Program-made: the position numbers and the translations under genes
The notes under the pieces: generated by a model
Database searches by the model: none
Seen by the model: the letters and a program-made list of their open reading frames with translations, nothing else
Told to the model about the DNA's origin: nothing
Assembly: GCA_965113315.1 (NCBI GenBank)
Contig: OZ220366.1
Length of the DNA stretch: 64,000 bases
DNA from: Podarcis vaucheri
Lineage: Eukaryota
Reading direction: 5' to 3' (one strand)
Part shown: piece by piece, positions 37,118 to 64,000 of the stretch
Numbering within the stretch: the first letter of the stretch is position 1
Layout of the letters: every line of letters begins with the position of its first letter

Positions 37118-37125
37118 TATTTATA
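37118..37125 (-). promoter_or_regulatory. TATA box of the cysteine-rich protein gene
   Basis: TATAAATA on - strand, ~90 nt upstream of a CAG|GTAAAC donor (37030/37029) that pairs with an acceptor at 36404, 4 nt before the ATG. Confidence 0.55.
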
Positions 37126-37364
37126 ATGTCACAGCAGAGGGAAAACCCATAAACCTGAACAGCTGGGAGGAGCTAAGAGCCCTTTCTAATTTATTACCAG
37201 TGAGTCTTTTATTATAGTATTATTTATTGTCAAAAGAGTTTTTATATTCCATATTATGTAAGCAATTTGCATTCTAACAGCTGGGATCCTCTCTATTTAT
37301 CTATATAAGAAAGTGTCTTAAATTTAATGTAAGTACATCCTGTAACTATACAGAACTATAGTTA

Positions 37365-37728
37365 CCGTGTTTTTCGCTCTATAACACGCTCCAGACCATA
37401 ACACGCACATAGTTTTTAGAGGAGGAAAACAAGAAAAAAAATATTCTAAACAAAATAGTGGATATATGATTTTTGTGGTTCATGCTGTGGCCACAGACAT
37501 GTGATCTGACAGTGAGTTTGGAGTAGCCCAATGCAAAAATCCTGAGGATCCATGTGGATCCATGCTTTGTAACCACGGAGGAGGGAAGGAAGGGGAACCA
37601 TGGATCCTCTGCTCATGACTGCAGCAGATCCCCCCCGCCACCCGCAGGCAATCGCTCCATAACACGCACAGACATTTCCCCTTACTTTCTAGGAGGAAAA
37701 AAGTGAGTGTTATGGTGCAAAAAATTGG
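37365..37728. mobile_element. related Tc2/pogo-like MITE, more degenerate
   Basis: TA|CCGTGTTTTTCGCTCTATAACACGC ... GTGTTATGGTGCAAAAAATTGG|TA. Confidence 0.7.
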
Positions 37729-38586
37729 TAATTGTCCCTTGTTTACTATTCCATAGTTCCTGAAACCCTTGCCAAGCAGGGCCAAATTTGCTTTATCTTG
37801 TCTCCATTTTTTTACCCATATAAGGCCTTGATTAATAAGTAGGTTTTACTATCCTCATTTTATCGGGGGAGGGGGGTGGAAGTGGCTCAATGGGCGGCAT
37901 GGAGCTGCTATGGTTGGTTCCTGGCAGCTGGGTCACTGTTGCTTACTGAGCAGCAAGGGATGAGGCAAGATGCAGGTTGGCACATTACAAATGCACTGGC
38001 ATTTATCTTCTTCAGAATAGCCTGCCATTCCACAACAACATTTTAACATTTTGTACACGTGGAATTACACGTCAGTCCACAGTTTAGAATGGGCAATAAT
38101 TGCCAGACGACAAGGCAGCATTTTTTACCTCACAGGAAAAATGTAGGCTAACCTGCCTGCTTAAAATCTGCTTCTACCTGCTAAGCATGTTCCTATTGTA
38201 ACTGCAGACCTCACACCATGCCCTTCCCTCCAGTGATCTAGTTAACATTTGCCCCTTTTCTGTGACTGGGTTGAATAACAAAAGATTGCCTGGATGAGGG
38301 AGAAATGAGCTTGTCTCATGACCTTGGGTCAAGCAAGACGTGGCGTTTGTCTTCTAGTTGGCCCTGCACAGTGGAGCAGGTGAGGCTGTCCTGGATGGTG
38401 GCATGAAGGAAGGAGCCTCTAAACTTTTGGCCCCACCATGCTCCCAGTTGTAATCACTCCCCAATGCCTTCTATTCAAAATGGAGGGAAGCTCCAACTGA
38501 TCCCTCTGCAAATAGCAGACATTGAGGAAGCGTGCAGCAATTCTGATAATAATCATGGTGATTTTGATCCAGCCAAACTACATGAC

Positions 38587-38836
38587 TAAGGCAAACTAAG
38601 GTCCGGGGGCCAGATCCGGCCCAACCGCCTTCTAAATCCGGCCTGCGGACAGTCCGGGAATCAGCGTGTTTTTATACATGAGTAGAATGTGTCCTTTTAT
38701 TTAAAATACATCTCAGGGTTATTTGTGGGGCATAGGAATTGGTTCTCCCCCCCCCCAAAAAAAAAAAGTTCGGCCTCCCAACAAGGTCTGAGGGACAGTG
38801 GACCAGCCCCCTGCTGAAAAAGTTTGCTGACCCCTG
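38587..38836. mobile_element. second copy of the same hAT MITE family, left TIR damaged
   Basis: Similar to 43832-44156; perfect 8-bp TSD TACATGAC. Confidence 0.75.
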
Positions 38837-41065
38837 TACATGACAAAACCACCATCTATACTTTCATCCCATTTTCCTTATGTGATTCCTCTTATACTGT
38901 CTGGTTTAGCCTATAAAGAAACTCTCTGAGCCTAGCCAAGTCTACATGATACATATAAGCTGTACAGTCCCACTTTAAACAGTCATGGCTTTCCCCAAAG
39001 AATCTTGGGAATAGAAGTTTGTTAAGGGTGCTGAGAGTTCTTCAAAGACCACTATTACCCTCATAGAGCTGCAATTCTCAAAGTGGTTTAACAGTCAATC
39101 TCTATTCCCAGAGAACTCTGGGACTAGTAGCTCTGTGAGAGGAATGTGTTGGTGAGTACTGAACTGTTAATACATTGGAATAAAAAATTAACAGGATATC
39201 CGGTGAAAATAAGAGCCAGCATTTTTTTAAACACAAAAGGGAATATCTGTTCACATATTGCACAATGAATGAACACGTGTAATTATCTTTAGTTTGCGTA
39301 CAGCCAGCAACACAAAAGGCTTTTCTAATTAACCTGGCTATTGCGGTGTTGCTATCATTGTAAGGAGCACTCTGTCAGCGATGTCAGCGATTTTCACGTG
39401 CGTACTTAAGAGACGTAGTTAAAGCTCCCAATAAAAAGGTTGAATAAATTCCTGCCACGTCTCTGAATCACATTCATAAGCATGCCAACTTCTAATTCCG
39501 AGAAGTCTTGATTGTCTAGCCAGGCAAAATTATGTAGTGTTATTTTGCTGTAAACAGCATCCACATGAGCAGCATTAAGTGACCTTCATTTTAAAATATC
39601 TGAATTTTCATGCATGGGAAATGTTTACATTGGAACAGTCCATTGGTGGGTTCAGTCCAGAGATGCATGCATGCAAATGGATGTTTTATACAACTACTTT
39701 CACATGGAGTAAAACCCATGTGGTGGCATACAAGATGCAGATAAGCATTTCTGCCCATACTGAGAGATGGAGGGCAGAGTGTACCCGTATCTACTCTGCG
39801 ATAGGTTCCTGAGTCAGCATCGTATAGGTATGTGCATATAGTGTTGACAACTGGCCTCCTTACTTGGATGGACCAGTCATTCCCCATCCCCAACCAATCT
39901 ACAGTGGAATCCAGTTATAAACCTCACATGTGGTTGAATGTTTCATGGGGGATCCTTGCAGTGGGATCTAATGCTGGCTTACACATGCACAGCAGGTTGT
40001 TCAGAGCATCTTAAACCTCCATCTTTGTTCACAAGGTAAGTGCTTGGTTAGGAGAAACTACATACCAAAAAAGGAAAAAGGTACATACAAATCGCAGGTG
40101 AAAAGGTGCACAATCAATGGCCAGTATAGCTGTTGAATTCAGCCTTCTTTCTGCTAAAGGAAGTTCCTCAACTTCACAAAAAGGTGGACTGAGCAACAGG
40201 AAGTAGATCACGGCCCCCGTTTCTCCAGTCTACTCAAAGACAGAAAGCTACTTATATAGCTAAGTAGTTCTGATGCTATGCACTTAAGAGTGCAAGTCTA
40301 CTGTTTACTGCTCTGCTTTATGAACTTCTGCAGAATTAAAATCATCTGTTCTGTTTTCTGCTATATTGGGGGGGGGGGGAGTTACCATTATGAACCAAAT
40401 ATAACACCTTGGGTTGAAAGAAAGGTCTGTTAAATGTAATTATAAAGCTGCTTTCAAATTTCCATTTGATGTGAAGGCAGATAGAAATTATTCTCAATGG
40501 GACTTAATTGCAACTAATTTTGGGGTCTAGATTGAAGTAATCTAGTCGCTATTGTGCTTCATAGGTAGTTCTTTTAAGGCAGGTATGAGGAACCTCAGAC
40601 CAGGGGGGCAAATGTGGTCATCCAAGTATCTGTATCTGGCCCTTGGGACTCACCTATCGTGACTATGTGTATTTCCCCAAATTCATAGGTAGGCTACAGA
40701 AGTCATCAACATGTAGCTGTGTTTATCTGTACCAGAATCAGATCTCCTTCAGCCTCACCCTGCTATGGCAGTTCTATGACTGTCAGATTCTTAGAGGTAG
40801 TAACCATTGGTATGCACATGGTCTCCTATGCCCAGGAACCTTTCATGGTCAAGAATGTTCTAAGAGGTTGATGCAGCAGTGAGTTGTAGCAGCATACACC
40901 TCCAGCAATCAACCATAACAGCAGGAAGGCTTTCTCAGGGGGAAAGGTGGCTTATGAACATTCATCCATCTGTACAGTCCGAGTTCACACTTCCCTTGTA
41001 CAGGAAAAGAGTATTATTGTCAGTTCTACAATCAAGTCAGGCAGCCTTTGCATCTGTAGTATTTC

Positions 41066-41071
41066 TTTATT
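41066..41071 (-). terminator. candidate polyadenylation signal of the CBS-like gene
   Basis: AATAAA on - strand ~400 nt after the stop. Confidence 0.45.
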
Positions 41072-41463
41072 GCTCTGCCAGCAGATTTTGAAATGCATTT
41101 ATCAATGTTAATGCAAACAACAAAATATCAGATAAAAATCAAGGCAACAAGGCAACCTCACAGGAGAATCCATTTAGTCTACTGCTTCCTCCCAATAATC
41201 TTTTTTTAAAAAACATGCTATCACAGAATAGCTACTTATTTTAACTGTATGTGATCTTGTCCAATCATCCTGATCCCAAATTATTTCCCTTGGTGGCATT
41301 TAGGGTGAGCATAGCCATGAACATATCAGACCAAGAACAGCCAGGCAAATTAAAATAGAAATACTAGATACTAGTATAATACTATACTAAATACAATGCT
41401 AATTCTAAAATAGAAAGCCATACTCAAAAACAAAACCAGACCCTTATACTTAAAGGTCTTCTG

Positions 41464-63950
<22,487 letters not shown>

Positions 63951-64000
63951 CACCTACAGAAAGAGAGGAAATTGGTGGAAGCATATGGACAAACAAGTTC

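Overview
Vertebrate genomic DNA, most likely a squamate (probably lacertid lizard, judged from a Sauria SINE, a tRNA-Lys-headed SINE and many hAT/Tc-mariner MITEs). It matches the conserved convergent PKNOX1 (+) / CBS-family (-) block. Contents: (1) complete PKNOX1/PREP1 CDS, 10 coding exons, 4396-18962, 436 aa. (2) A near-intact, young Ngaro-type tyrosine-recombinase retrotransposon (25406-33202, -) with split direct repeats A1...B1-A2-B2, gag, RT/RNaseH, YR and an SGNH hydrolase. (3) A small two-exon gene (-) with TATA box, non-coding first exon and tandem polyA signals. It encodes a 169-aa secreted protein that is essentially a free-standing fibulin-2 N-terminal cysteine-rich (Na) domain, and is the most novel-looking item. 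(4) A complete 15-coding-exon CBS-family gene (63950-41464, -, 566 aa) whose active-site-loop changes suggest the sauropsid CBS paralogue cysteine lyase rather than canonical CBS. All homology calls come from recalled sequences and motifs, not from database searches.
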